A stretch of DNA of 63,995 nucleotides, filler included. It is 5 parts of 5 records of this genome, joined end to end, with 100 filler letters (N's around TTAATTAATTAA, not from the genome) between each part and the next. Parts side by side here need not be neighbours in the genome. Positions count along the whole stretch, not along the records: positions 1 to 22,618 come from SRR31156797_11873; 4 more parts are not named here. One strand, 5' to 3'. This document shows positions 10,450 to 20,969 of the stretch, piece after piece (within the stretch, counting starts at the first letter, position 1; every line of letters begins with the position of its first letter). A program made the position numbers and the translations under genes. Under the pieces are notes generated by a model that worked only from the letters and a program-made list of their open reading frames with translations, was not told where the DNA came from and searched no databases.

Positions 10450-11295
10450 CTATTCAAAAACATTTGAAAGTTCATCGGCCCATTGCAGCGTCTGACTGGC
10501 CACCACTTCAAGTTGTTCGGGCTTGAGACCCAGTCGATTGGTTGCGGTAACCGAGGGCCGGTAATGGAGGCCTTCAATACCGGCACCGATTCCGAGCATC
10601 AGACAAAGCACATTGGCCACATGGACGATATCGATCAATGTACCGGGGTTTTCCGCCGAATCCGGTTCGTGATGCCACCGGACCGCTTCCACAAGCTTTG
10701 ATGGAAAAGACCACTTTTCCATCAACATCCCACCCATCTCGGCATGATCGGTACCGAGCACCTCCCTTTCGGCCATCTGGAAGGGAACCCCTTTTTCGGC
10801 CGTCAATCGGATGGCATCCAGATCCTCCGCCACGAATTCCCCCATGACCAGTTTTCCCAGGTCATGCAGGAGCGCTGCCGTAAAGATTTCATCGTCCACC
10901 GCCAGATTCAACTCTTTCATCAAACCTTCCGCCGTAACCGATACCGCCACCGAGTGCCGCCACAACTCACCGGCGGGCAGATCATAGCCCGGAATGGATT
11001 TATCCATCACCGCATTGACGCACGTGGCCAATACAATTCTGACAAGTCGCTTCCATCCCAGCATGACAACAGCCTGCCGAACGGAGCCGACCTTGTTGGG
11101 CAGACCGAAATAGGCTGAATTTGTGAGCTTCAGGATATTGGCCGTCAGGCCGGGATCAAGCCGCAAAATTTGCTGAACCTCTTCCGCGGTGGAATCCGGG
11201 TCATCCAGAAGCGTCAGAATCCGGGTTGCAACCCCCGAGATACCGGGGAGGGTCTGAATTTTTGAAATTATTTTGAATTTCCGCTCCTGGCTCAT
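10450..11295 (-). CDS. HDOD domain protein
   Basis: DPGLTANILKLTNSAYFG, LWRHS, LLHDLGK, DHAE.G..L..W.FP...HH. Confidence 0.92.
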   Translation of the reverse strand: MSQERKFKIISKIQTLPGISGVATRILTLLDDPDSTAEEVQQILRLDPGLTANILKLTNSAYFGLPNKVGSVRQAVVMLGWKRLVRIVLATCVNAVMDKSIPGYDLPAGELWRHSVAVSVTAEGLMKELNLAVDDEIFTAALLHDLGKLVMGEFVAEDLDAIRLTAEKGVPFQMAEREVLGTDHAEMGGMLMEKWSFPSKLVEAVRWHHEPDSAENPGTLIDIVHVANVLCLMLGIGAGIEGLHYRPSVTATNRLGLKPEQLEVVASQTLQWADELSNVFE

Positions 11296-11765
11296 AAGTC
11301 CCACTCCCGCTGTCCGTTCTTGATGACCGTTTGTCCCGTTCCCACATTGAAATGAACGGTTCGACTCAGGGTTCCGCCAACATCATCGGCGTCCAGAAGC
11401 ACCCTGTTTTTCCATAGGATTTTTTTCAAAACCGTGTAGTTGCGCTGGCCTATTTTGAAAATTTCGCTGTCTCCCATGGGAGAACCACACCCGGCGGCCT
11501 TAACCGTCATATGCTTCTTTTCACCACCCAGTGCATAGAGTTTCTTGAAGAGAAACGGGACCCCCGTATCCACAAACATGAATGGATTGGCCTTTGCTTT
11601 TTCAGGATTGATTTTGGAAAGGGGCAGCATGGCGTGAAGCAATCCCCCCACCCGGGCTTCCGAATCGTAAACCATGAGCCCGAGACAACTACCCAGGGCA
11701 TGGGTCACGATCATATCTCCCCTTTTGCCGACTTTCATATCACCTACTTGAACAATATGTCTCAT
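11292..11765 (-). CDS. cheD: Chemoreceptor glutamine deamidase
   Basis: LGSC, H.MLP, IGQRN, DVGG motifs. Confidence 0.93.
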   Translation of the reverse strand: MRHIVQVGDMKVGKRGDMIVTHALGSCLGLMVYDSEARVGGLLHAMLPLSKINPEKAKANPFMFVDTGVPFLFKKLYALGGEKKHMTVKAAGCGSPMGDSEIFKIGQRNYTVLKKILWKNRVLLDADDVGGTLSRTVHFNVGTGQTVIKNGQREWDL

Positions 11766-11793
11766 TTAATTTATCCCACCCGAAAATGACGGG

Positions 11794-12630
11794 TCATTTT
11801 TTATAGACAGCCGGTTGCTGATACCGAAATTTGTGCTGAATGGAGGACAACCCTTCCGAATGACCCACGAAAAGATATCCGCCCGGCTCCAGAAGATCCC
11901 AGAACCGATTCACGAGCTTAGCTTGGGTCTGCGTATCAAAGTAAATCATGACATTCCGACAGAAAATGACATCAAAAGGCCCCTTCATGGGCCAGGGGTC
12001 CATCAGGTTCAACCTTGCCGGTCTTACAATTTTTCTAATTGCGGGACTTAACTGATAGGCTCCCGAACCATTGGAACGTATTTTGACGAAATACCGATTG
12101 AGAAGGGATTTGGGAAGCGTCGTGAGTTTTTCCTCTGAAAAAACGGCTGATTGGGTTTGTTTAACCATATCGGTGGAAATATCCGTCGCAAGGATGAGCA
12201 CATCCCTTGAGGTGAAATCGGGGAGTGATTCGGACAGCACCATGGCCAGGGTAAACGGCTCCTCTCCCGATGAACAACCGGCACTCCAACACCTGATTCT
12301 TCGGTGTCTAAGCTTGGGCAGAACCGAATCCCGCAGAAAATGGAAATGATCGATTTCTCTAAAAAAGCTGGTTTTATTGGTGGTCATGACATCGATCATG
12401 GAACTTAATTCCATTTGACCGCCTTCATTTTCCAGGTAATCGATGTACTCCCCGAAACTGCCCATCCTTAGCGCCCGCAGCCGCTTGGTGAGGCGTGCTC
12501 TTACCAGAGCTTCTTTTCCGCTCTTAAGGCAAATCCCGCACTCCCCATAAATCAGATCTTTCACCTTATTGAAGTGAGCGTCCGTCAACTCCGTCGCCAT
12601 ATTAAACATCGGTTGGTGTTTTTTCGCCAT
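11794..12630 (-). CDS. cheR: Chemotaxis methyltransferase
   Basis: TTNKTSFFRE, WSAGCSSGEEP, FDVIFCRNVMIYFD, GHSE. Confidence 0.97.
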   Translation of the reverse strand: MAKKHQPMFNMATELTDAHFNKVKDLIYGECGICLKSGKEALVRARLTKRLRALRMGSFGEYIDYLENEGGQMELSSMIDVMTTNKTSFFREIDHFHFLRDSVLPKLRHRRIRCWSAGCSSGEEPFTLAMVLSESLPDFTSRDVLILATDISTDMVKQTQSAVFSEEKLTTLPKSLLNRYFVKIRSNGSGAYQLSPAIRKIVRPARLNLMDPWPMKGPFDVIFCRNVMIYFDTQTQAKLVNRFWDLLEPGGYLFVGHSEGLSSIQHKFRYQQPAVYKK

Positions 12631-12719
12631 GGGATAAACAAGCTCAAAGTATTTTCAACGTCCTCCATTTAAAAAAACAGAGGCACGATTCAGTGTTCTA
12701 CCGGTATCATTCCCTACTT

Positions 12720-15350
12720 TTACGAATTGGCAAGTTGCATGATGCCACCCACATCCAGGATCAGACCCACTTGACCGTTGGGCATAATAGCCCCCCCCGA
12801 AATGCCGGGGATATCCCGCATTGCATCTCCCAGTGTTTTGATGACAATCTGTTGTCTGCCGATCAATTCGTCAATGATCAGCCCGGCCTGCCGTTTGTTA
12901 TCATCTTCCACCACGACAATCAGCTGCGTGTCCTGCTTTTCTTCATCCGTTTCAAGGGAAAAGAGTTCGTGCAACCGAAAAACGGGAATCAATTCCCCCC
13001 GCAGGGAGACCATCTCACCTTTTTGCAGTACGGTGGAAACGGATTCGGCACCGGGTTTAATGGATCGCACGATTGAACCGGTGGGAATAATATAGGCCTC
13101 CTGATTCACCCGAAGCGCCATTCCGTCAATAATGGCCAACGTCAAGGGAAGACGCATCTTGAAAACACTCCCCCGACCCATTTCCGATTGAATTTCCACC
13201 TGGCCCCGGATGGACTCAATATTCTTTTTCACCACATCCATGCCCACACCGCGGCCGGATACATCCGTAACAGCTTCGGCCGTTGAAAAACCCGGCTCAA
13301 AGATCAGATTGAAAATTTCACGATCATTCAGGGTTGAACCATCGGTGACCAGCCCTCTTTCCCTGGCCTTTTTAAGAATGGCCTCCCTGGAAATCCCTTT
13401 TCCATCATCTTGAATCTCTACCACCACACTGCCGGAGGCATGGTAAGCGGAAAGGGTCACGGTTCCGGCAGCCGGCTTGTCCGTAGCGGCCCTGGCCTCG
13501 GTTGTCTCGATGCCGTGGTCCACGGCATTGCGTACCATGTGCATCAACGGATCATTAATCACATCCACCATGTTCCGGTCTATTTCCGTATCCTCTCCAT
13601 GGGTGACCAGTTTTACGTTTTTACCCACTTTACGGGAAAGATCGCGCACAAGTCTTGTCATCTTCTTGAACGTCCCCTTTAGTGGAATCATACGCATGGA
13701 CATGCTCAAATCCTGCAGCTCTCGAACGATCTTTCCCGCCTGGTTGACCTTTTTGAGGAGTTGGTGCTGCTCACCGCCGACAACAAGCTCATCCTGGGCC
13801 ACCATGGACTGCGCAATCACCAGCTCCCCAACCATATCGATCAACCGATCCAGCCGGCTGGTGCTCACTCTGACCGATGTTTCGAAAACCTGCTTTCCTT
13901 TCATCCGGTCCTGGGTACGAAGGGCCTGTGCCACATCTGAAACTTTGGCCGCATTTTTTTGGACCATCTCAAGGCCGATGGGTTTCCCGGACTTCTCTTC
14001 CGCCAGGGCCTCCACATCTTCCCGTTTCACTTTTCCGCCGGCCACCAGGATATCCCCGATCCTGGGCGTCGCATCCTCTTCCATGCCGGTTTCGTCCGAA
14101 ATGCCCGCACCTTCAGGGTCACGCAACAATTCAACAAGGTCATCATACCCTTCGGGCTGCAAAAGCGGCGCTCCGCCCAGGGCATCTTGTACGAATGTGA
14201 TCATCTGTTTGATCATATCCAATGAACGAAGGGCCAGGTCCGCATAGCCGCCCGCATAACGAATTTCCTTGTCTCGAACGCGGCTCAGGAGGGATTCCGC
14301 AAAGTGCGCCATTTCAGATATGGCATTCAGTTCCAGAAACGCCGAAACACCTTTTACCGTATGGAAGGCTCTGAAAATCATCCCCACCGCATCCCCATCT
14401 TCCGGATCGGTCTCAAGTGTTAACAATGCTTCTTCGGCATCGGAAATCAGATCGCCGCTTTCAGCCACAAACTCCGAAAGCAGATCAAAATCTGCGTCTT
14501 CCGGCAAGCTCTCCGAATGAACGGACTCCCGAGCGGTTCCTTCCTTCCGAACCGAATCAGGCATGGCGGACAATTCTTCACCTTCATCAAACTCTTTGGA
14601 AATAGCGGCCTCGACGCTTTCCGGATGGGTCTCCGTTGCACCATCAGGCGTATCCAATCCTTCCTCATCATCCTTTGTATTTGCCGCTTCATCCAACAAT
14701 GCACCGATCTCCTGAATCGTTTGATCCGGATCAGACACTTTCGATGAAAGGATGGCACCGGTTTTCATGGCAGCCTTCAGAAGCTTTTCATGGGAGACCC
14801 GAGAACAAGCGCCGCCTGCCATGATGGCATCGAGCATGCCTTTCAATCGGGTTAATTCCGCCGTGTCATCGGCTTCCAGAAGAACCAGCAGGGCCGCGGC
14901 ATCATGGATGGTCATGTCCGAAAAGTCTTCGGTTCCGGTAATTTCATCAGCGTCTTTGGAACCAGGTGCCGTCGGGTCATCCTCTGAAAGGCCCTTCAGT
15001 ACCTTTTCCAATTCGTGCCCCGTCTCCACCATCAACTCCGACATACCCGGTTTATCATGAAGGCATTGCTGAAAGGCATAAAGACATTCGGAAATAGCAC
15101 CCACCAGTAACAGCGGGCTGGTGACGGCATTTTCCGAAAGAAGTCTGATACCCTTTAAACAATGGTTTAAAGGGTCCGTGGCCAAAGGCATTTCATTGAC
15201 CGCTTCGGAAACCAGATCTTTCAAGTCCGCCTCAATTCCGTTCCAGGCGTCCCCATCTTTTAAACCGATCGTCTCTATGCTACTTAGTATTTTTTCCAAA
15301 TTTTCAGCGTTTTTTTCTTCCATAAGATCCGTTCGGTACCTTTCCTTCAT
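12720..15350 (-). CDS. cheA: Chemotaxis histidine kinase with long N-terminal extension
   Basis: IFRAFHTVKG (Hpt), LDRLIDMVGELVIA, HMVRNAVDHGIE, SGRGVGMDVV, PLTLAI, C-terminal CheW domain. Confidence 0.96.
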   Translation of the reverse strand: MKERYRTDLMEEKNAENLEKILSSIETIGLKDGDAWNGIEADLKDLVSEAVNEMPLATDPLNHCLKGIRLLSENAVTSPLLLVGAISECLYAFQQCLHDKPGMSELMVETGHELEKVLKGLSEDDPTAPGSKDADEITGTEDFSDMTIHDAAALLVLLEADDTAELTRLKGMLDAIMAGGACSRVSHEKLLKAAMKTGAILSSKVSDPDQTIQEIGALLDEAANTKDDEEGLDTPDGATETHPESVEAAISKEFDEGEELSAMPDSVRKEGTARESVHSESLPEDADFDLLSEFVAESGDLISDAEEALLTLETDPEDGDAVGMIFRAFHTVKGVSAFLELNAISEMAHFAESLLSRVRDKEIRYAGGYADLALRSLDMIKQMITFVQDALGGAPLLQPEGYDDLVELLRDPEGAGISDETGMEEDATPRIGDILVAGGKVKREDVEALAEEKSGKPIGLEMVQKNAAKVSDVAQALRTQDRMKGKQVFETSVRVSTSRLDRLIDMVGELVIAQSMVAQDELVVGGEQHQLLKKVNQAGKIVRELQDLSMSMRMIPLKGTFKKMTRLVRDLSRKVGKNVKLVTHGEDTEIDRNMVDVINDPLMHMVRNAVDHGIETTEARAATDKPAAGTVTLSAYHASGSVVVEIQDDGKGISREAILKKARERGLVTDGSTLNDREIFNLIFEPGFSTAEAVTDVSGRGVGMDVVKKNIESIRGQVEIQSEMGRGSVFKMRLPLTLAIIDGMALRVNQEAYIIPTGSIVRSIKPGAESVSTVLQKGEMVSLRGELIPVFRLHELFSLETDEEKQDTQLIVVVEDDNKRQAGLIIDELIGRQQIVIKTLGDAMRDIPGISGGAIMPNGQVGLILDVGGIMQLANS

Positions 15351-15446
15351 TTGATTGTCCGATTGTCAAGCGCTAAAAAATCCCCTGGGACCTTTTGCAC
15401 TGCCAAAAAATTTAGGTAAAACAATACCACGATTCAATCTTCATCT

Positions 15447-15462
15447 AGCAAAAGTCGTGCCG
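15447..15462 (-). promoter_or_regulatory. sigma54 -24/-12 promoter for the che block
   Basis: Minus strand CGGCACGACTTTTGCT = GG-N10-GC, about 100 bp upstream of cheA. Confidence 0.75.
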
Positions 15463-15663
15463 CTAAAAAAATAAACAGACATGCAACAATGTCCATTATT
15501 TCAATCCGGAATACGGACGATATGGCAAAAAAAGGCTTAAAAAGAGAAAAAAAATAGATCCGTGTGTTTTCGAGAGGGGCAAAGAAGAAAAGCGTCAATT
15601 TGTTGGCGGTAACAAACCAATGTTTTTCCGCGGAAAAATGGGATTGATTGGGAATGTTTTTTT

Positions 15664-16230
15664 TCAAATGCTATCTGAAATAAACTTCCCACTCTGATGT
15701 CTCAACCGCAATCCACCTGAACTGTGGTAAACCGTATCCGGTGCCGCCAAATGACTCAGAAATGCGTAAGAACCCGATATCAACTCCAAGGAATGTCTGA
15801 TGAGCAACTTGTTGAAATGGTTCATTCGCCGTATTTGCCCGGACAGATTCAGAAGCGCCTCACGAGATTTTTGCAAGCGATCTTTGGTGTAACCCCGCGT
15901 GTATGCCATCAATTTGCCGACGGTCAAGTCTTGGGAGGAAATCTTCAGTATCTCCGAAAGATCTTTCATCAAATGGATGCGATCCTGCTCCAACCGTTGA
16001 ATCTTCCGGAACAATATTTCTTTCCCTTGACCTGTTTCAGTAAGGCCATTCAGATCGACCCTGATGATTCGATCCTTCTCATCACGCAATGCACTCCGCA
16101 GTGATTCGTACACCCGGCACTGCTCTTCCATAAGGGCGAGAAGTTCGCCAAGCAACATCTCTTTTCTATCCGGAAGTTCATTTTTTACCGCATAACCGGT
16201 TTCTTCTCTTTCCATACCCCACACCCGCAA
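15664..16230 (-). CDS. flgN: Flagellar export chaperone FlgN
   Basis: Coiled-coil protein directly after flgM with N..LI..SL motif and Y...G C-terminus; start may be 16215. Confidence 0.8.
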   Translation of the reverse strand: MRVWGMEREETGYAVKNELPDRKEMLLGELLALMEEQCRVYESLRSALRDEKDRIIRVDLNGLTETGQGKEILFRKIQRLEQDRIHLMKDLSEILKISSQDLTVGKLMAYTRGYTKDRLQKSREALLNLSGQIRRMNHFNKLLIRHSLELISGSYAFLSHLAAPDTVYHSSGGLRLRHQSGKFISDSI

Positions 16231-16244
16231 CGAAATCAGAAAAT

Positions 16245-16562
16245 TCAGAACAGATCATTTGCAACCGATTCCTTTATCATTTTTTCGGCGATCTTCTTAC
16301 CGTCTATCTGATAGGTGCCTTCCGCAATCCGCTCTTTGATTTGCGCAACTTTTTCCTCCCGCACATCCGGAAGGGTTTCAATGACCTTTATCGCATCTTG
16401 CATCACTTTGGCTTCCGGGGACAATGCAACGCTATCCCCTGATGGTAATATTTTATTGGAACTTTTATTATCCGACACGGCACCGGACTTGGTCTTGTCC
16501 CTATTGACATGCTTTACATAACCGTCCATTTTACCAAAGGAATTGCCGCGTGTGATTTCCAT
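16245..16562 (-). CDS. flgM: Anti-sigma28 factor
   Basis: D.V.LS..A...PDVREEKV..IK..I..GTY.ID...IAEKM; ATG 16562 has AAGGAGG RBS. Confidence 0.92.
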   Translation of the reverse strand: MEITRGNSFGKMDGYVKHVNRDKTKSGAVSDNKSSNKILPSGDSVALSPEAKVMQDAIKVIETLPDVREEKVAQIKERIAEGTYQIDGKKIAEKMIKESVANDLF

Positions 16563-16729
16563 TTTCAAACCCTCCTTTTTGCCTGAACCATCTTGAGGGG
16601 GTTCCACATCGGATCCCCTCATCCTTGCTTTCAGGAGTTGTGATAAAACCGGCCCTGCACACAACTGCGAAAACTTTCAGTGGTCAGGCCAGGCTCAATC
16701 CAGGCAAAGCTAAAATACTCTTAATTTCT

Positions 16730-16756
16730 TTATCGGCAGCAACGGAAAAAAACTTA
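16730..16756 (-). promoter_or_regulatory. sigma28 (FliA) promoter upstream of flgM
   Basis: Minus strand TAAG-N15-GCCGATAA. Confidence 0.8.
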
Positions 16757-16767
16757 AGCTTTTTTCT

Positions 16768-17136
16768 TTATTTTTTTTCAATTGCGCCATCCATATTATT
16801 TTCTTTTCTGAGCAGGCTTTCATGAAGCAGCGGTGAAAGCCCCATACCCCGCTCGGCAGCCAATTCCTTGGCCAGTTGAGAATCGAGCATGGAAGTATAA
16901 ATCTCCTCGCCTTTTCCCCTTCCGACAAAACCGTTCTTGGGAATGGTCGCTCGCATCTCTTTCAGAAGGTAAAATATAAAAAGAGACTCCATATCGGCAC
17001 AGGCCTTATCAATCCCGGAAGGATCTTCGGAAGTGATCTTTTTCGAATTTACCCCATGGGAGAGTGCTTCCATATTTTTCGCCAGGTCCATGGATTGATA
17101 GGGCATGGCCGTTAAATTCATGGCATCCATCATCAC
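16768..17136 (-). CDS. flgJ: Short FlgJ (rod-binding domain only)
   Basis: ESLFI..LLKEMRAT, YTSMLD.QLA..A..GMGL. Confidence 0.85.
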   Translation of the reverse strand: MMMDAMNLTAMPYQSMDLAKNMEALSHGVNSKKITSEDPSGIDKACADMESLFIFYLLKEMRATIPKNGFVGRGKGEEIYTSMLDSQLAKELAAERGMGLSPLLHESLLRKENNMDGAIEKK

Positions 17137-18359
17137 ATTACCTCCAGTTTTGCCTGCAATGCCCCTGCGGCTTTAAGGGCTTGAAATATGGTCATGAGAT
17201 CTCTGGGGGTTACGCCAAGGGCATTCAGAGCCCTGACCACCTGGGCGATGGTGACGCCGGATTTCAAAAGCATGAGTCTGGCATTGTCTTCCTTTACATT
17301 GATGTTCGTATCGTTGGTGACCACGGTGTTGCCCCCCGGCGCAACAATCGTACCGTTATTCCCTATCTCTTGAGGAGGCGGCTGCGGACCTCTGCCGCCA
17401 CCGCCGGGCCATCCCACACTCTGATTATTGGAAAAAGGCATGGGCTGACTTACGTTGGCGGTTTCCTTGATCTCGATACTGAGATTACCATGGGCGATCG
17501 CCACGGTTGAAAGTCTGACGTTCTCACCGATAACAACCGTTCCCGTCCGCTCGTTGATCACCACCTTGCTCGACTGATCAGGGGTGATTTCCAGTTGCTC
17601 GATCATGGCGACCAAACCGACGGTGTCTCCCCGATAAGTTTTTGGAACCGAGACCTCAATTGTACCCGCATCAACGGTTTTTGCAATGTTAACTTTGAAA
17701 GCACTGTTAATCACTTTTGCCACACGGGTCGCATTTGTAAAATCGGGATTGGGTAAAATGAGGGCCAAAGTCCCTTTTTCCATGAAGTCATTGGGGATTT
17801 CCCGTTCGATGGTGGCTCCTGATACAATACGTCCCACCGTGGGGAAATTCTTGGTCACTTTGGCTGCACTGCCCGAGACGGAAAATCCTCCGGTTGTCAC
17901 GGGTCCCTGGGCAGCTGCATAGACCTTTCCGTTGGCGGCCCGGAGAGGTGTCACGAGAAGCACGCCCCCGGTCAAACTTTCCGCGTCCCCGATGGAACTG
18001 ACGGTGACATCCATTTGAGCCCCCACCTTTGCAAAGGCGGGAAGATCCGCCGTTACCATGACAGCCGCCACATTCGCCACCTTTTGAATTTTCTTAGGAT
18101 CAACCGTTACCCCCATCCGCTCAAGCAGACTCGCCAGAGATTGAAACGTAAACTTTGAGTCTTTGCCGTCTCCGGTCCCATCCAAGCCCACAACCAGACC
18201 ATACCCCACCAGCTGATTCTTACGCACCCCCTTGATGTCCGCGAGATCCTTGAGGCGCGTTGCGCCCACGGGATTGCTTAAGAAGTGGAACATGCAGGCA
18301 AACAACAAAGCTGTCACGGCAATTTTACAGACATCGCTGGAAAAGAGGAAACGTCTCAT
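17133..18359 (-). CDS. flgI: Flagellar P-ring protein
   Basis: RLKDLA.I.GVR.NQLVGYGLVVGLDGTGD; LKAAGALQA C-terminus. Confidence 0.96.
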   Translation of the reverse strand: MRRFLFSSDVCKIAVTALLFACMFHFLSNPVGATRLKDLADIKGVRKNQLVGYGLVVGLDGTGDGKDSKFTFQSLASLLERMGVTVDPKKIQKVANVAAVMVTADLPAFAKVGAQMDVTVSSIGDAESLTGGVLLVTPLRAANGKVYAAAQGPVTTGGFSVSGSAAKVTKNFPTVGRIVSGATIEREIPNDFMEKGTLALILPNPDFTNATRVAKVINSAFKVNIAKTVDAGTIEVSVPKTYRGDTVGLVAMIEQLEITPDQSSKVVINERTGTVVIGENVRLSTVAIAHGNLSIEIKETANVSQPMPFSNNQSVGWPGGGGRGPQPPPQEIGNNGTIVAPGGNTVVTNDTNINVKEDNARLMLLKSGVTIAQVVRALNALGVTPRDLMTIFQALKAAGALQAKLEVM

Positions 18360-18376
18360 TTTTCGCTCCCGTTTAC

Positions 18377-19123
18377 CTAAAACGGCCATACCACATTTAG
18401 AAAATTGCTGAGCCACCCCGGGCTTTGACGCTGGGCCACAACGCCTTCACCGCTGTAAACGAATTTTGCGTCGGAAATCCGGGAAGACTTGACTTCGTAC
18501 CCCTGGGTGGCCATGTTGTAGCGGATGTCCCGCGGCTGAATGAGCCCGGCCAGCGTCAGGCACTGGGTTTCATTGTTCACCGTAATCTCTCTGGATCCCG
18601 CAATCACCAGATTGCCGTCCGGCAGCACTTTAAAGACCCTGGCGGTTACACCGTCCAGGTTTTTCAATCGACTCTCCCGGTTGGTATAACCACTACCTTT
18701 AAAAGACGGTTGAAAAGACCCGCTCACCGCGCCTGAATAGGATGGCTGAAGATCCCCGATGTTCGAAAATTCACCCCCGATAGAGGCTTTCACCGATGAA
18801 TTTCTGGAAGTATTGGTGTCGGCCTTGTTGTTTGCAGTGGTATATTCATCCAGGATGACGGTTACCACGTCCCCCACTTTACTGGCCTTGTAGTCTTTAA
18901 ACAGGCTGCTGAGCGCACCGTTGTCCTCCCAGAGAGACCCCTCGTACTTCCTGGGTTTGACCCTGTGATCGTAGCCGACCCCCAAGGACATGAGGCTATC
19001 CGCATCAGCGCCCGGCTTTGTTTCCTTTAAACCGGAGGCGCAACCTGAAAGTGTCGCAAATAGAAATAACGCCATAGGTGCAAACATCCGACTTTTCATT
19101 AACCAAACGTTATTGAGACGCAC
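18377..19123 (-). CDS. flgH: Flagellar L-ring lipoprotein
   Basis: LSGC lipobox; D.KA..VGD.VTV; VLPDGNLVI.G; PGWL...WPF. Confidence 0.92.
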   Translation of the reverse strand: MRLNNVWLMKSRMFAPMALFLFATLSGCASGLKETKPGADADSLMSLGVGYDHRVKPRKYEGSLWEDNGALSSLFKDYKASKVGDVVTVILDEYTTANNKADTNTSRNSSVKASIGGEFSNIGDLQPSYSGAVSGSFQPSFKGSGYTNRESRLKNLDGVTARVFKVLPDGNLVIAGSREITVNNETQCLTLAGLIQPRDIRYNMATQGYEVKSSRISDAKFVYSGEGVVAQRQSPGWLSNFLNVVWPF

Positions 19124-19142
19124 CTTTCCACTCCTCCTTTGC

Positions 19143-20132
19143 TCAAAAATCGACCTCTACGGTTTTAGAATCCAGCACACGAGCGTAAATATTCTTTTTT
19201 GAATCCAGATTTTCGATCCTAATTCTTTCCCCGCGACGGCCTTCACGTTCATTTACCACACCGAGAGCCGTGATCCTGAGGCCCGCCGATTTCGCCACCA
19301 CAAGAACCACGTCCCCGCGTTTAACCATGGGGGGATATTCAATGAGGTCAGGCCTCAGAATGGTACCTGCCGCCATGGACCGTTTGGCCCTTTTCCCCAA
19401 AACCTCTTCCGGATCCGTAATGACATTTGAACGGGTCCGGGACAAATCCTTTTCTCTCAGCTCGATATCATCTTCTTCAATTCGACCATACCGTCTCAAC
19501 GATTTTCTGGCGACGACCACCTTCGTCAAAACACTGATCTCGGCCATGGCCAGAATACGTTTTTGAAACAGCCCATCCACCTTGAAATGAATGGGAAAAG
19601 GAACTCTGCCTTTATAATCGGCGTTTCGAAGCGGCTCAATACGGTATGAAACATTCCCTTTGGGGAGCGTCACATCCGAAGCCACATGAATTTTTCTAAT
19701 TTTCACCCGGTCTTTGTCCCACGGAATATTCGCATGGATGAAATCGGAAACCGCCCGTTTGATCTCTTCGCGGGAAATGGTAACGGATGCCCTCGACACT
19801 TCAATGCTTTCGGGGACCTGAAGGCTAACCCGTTTGAGATCCACCCTTGCCTGTTTCAAACGGAGCCTGATATAATCCGCGCTGATACGGCGGGCATTTC
19901 CCGGCAAAGGCGCCCTTCCAAGAAGAATCCTTTTTATTTCTCCTACCTGTGCAACATTTCCCCCGGTCACCGTACAGATTTTCCCCAGATAAATACCGGC
20001 CTCTGAGATTTCAGCCTTTTTAAAACCTTTTATAATCAGCGCCTCGGAAGACCATGCCAAGGAGAAGGGCTGCGTAAAAGAAAAGACCGTTAACAGCATG
20101 AAAATCAGGGAAAAGAACCTTAAAACGCTCAA
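19143..20132 (-). CDS. flgA: P-ring chaperone FlgA
   Basis: SAF-like C-terminus VKRGDVV...G..GERIRIEN.DSKK; between flgG and flgH. Confidence 0.88.
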   Translation of the reverse strand: MSVLRFFSLIFMLLTVFSFTQPFSLAWSSEALIIKGFKKAEISEAGIYLGKICTVTGGNVAQVGEIKRILLGRAPLPGNARRISADYIRLRLKQARVDLKRVSLQVPESIEVSRASVTISREEIKRAVSDFIHANIPWDKDRVKIRKIHVASDVTLPKGNVSYRIEPLRNADYKGRVPFPIHFKVDGLFQKRILAMAEISVLTKVVVARKSLRRYGRIEEDDIELREKDLSRTRSNVITDPEEVLGKRAKRSMAAGTILRPDLIEYPPMVKRGDVVLVVAKSAGLRITALGVVNEREGRRGERIRIENLDSKKNIYARVLDSKTVEVDF

Positions 20133-20142
20133 AATTTAACCT

Positions 20143-20931
20143 CTAGCGTTGGAGATTGTTGGCCATCTGAAGCATTTCATCCGTCGCCTTAACCGCTTTA
20201 CTGCTCAGTTCATAAGCTCTTTGGGCGGTAATCATATTGACCATTTCTTCCACCACGCTCACATTGCTCATTTCCAGATACCCCTGTGCGATGGTACCGA
20301 AACCATCTTCGCCGGGTGTTCCGGTGATCTCTTCCCCGGATGATTTGGTGGGAAGATAGAGATTTCTACCGATACTCTCCAACCCGGCCGGGTTGATAAA
20401 CCGGACCAGTTCAATGGCGCCCACTTCAGTGGGTTCGCTTTCCCCCGCCTGCCGAACGGATATGGTGCCGTCAGTTCCCACGGATACGGAAAGGGCGTCC
20501 GAAGGAATGGCGAGAGCCGGCTCCATCAAAAAACCGTCGGACGTCACGACCTGGCCCTCACTGTTCAGCTTGAATGACCCGGCGCGGCTATAGGCCACTT
20601 CCCCATTGGGTTGAATAATCTGAAAAAAGCCATCGCCCTCAATGGCGATATCCAGCTCATTCTGGGTTTGCTGGTAGTCCCCCTGGCTGAAAATTTTCTG
20701 GGTCCCCGCCGGCCGGGTACCGTGTCCGATCTGAATACCCGTCGGCACGTCCGCATTTTGCGCCGAGGGCGTTCCGGCTGATTTCATGGTGTGATACAAA
20801 AGATCCTGAAAATCGGCCCGGCTTCGTTTGAAACCGGTGGTATTTACGTTGGCCAGATTGTTTGCGATCACGTCAATATTTAACGTCTGCGCCTGCATTC
20901 CGGTAGATGCGATCCACAATGATCGTTGCAT
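20143..20931 (-). CDS. flgG: Distal rod protein
   Basis: [48 protein letters not shown]. Confidence 0.97.
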   Translation of the reverse strand: MQRSLWIASTGMQAQTLNIDVIANNLANVNTTGFKRSRADFQDLLYHTMKSAGTPSAQNADVPTGIQIGHGTRPAGTQKIFSQGDYQQTQNELDIAIEGDGFFQIIQPNGEVAYSRAGSFKLNSEGQVVTSDGFLMEPALAIPSDALSVSVGTDGTISVRQAGESEPTEVGAIELVRFINPAGLESIGRNLYLPTKSSGEEITGTPGEDGFGTIAQGYLEMSNVSVVEEMVNMITAQRAYELSSKAVKATDEMLQMANNLQR

Positions 20932-20969
20932 TTGTCAACCCCCGCCTTTTCTACATCAATCACAATTTT

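Noticed and set aside
13477-14247. 256-aa ORF opposite cheA
   Set aside because: Ser/Thr-rich antisense artefact
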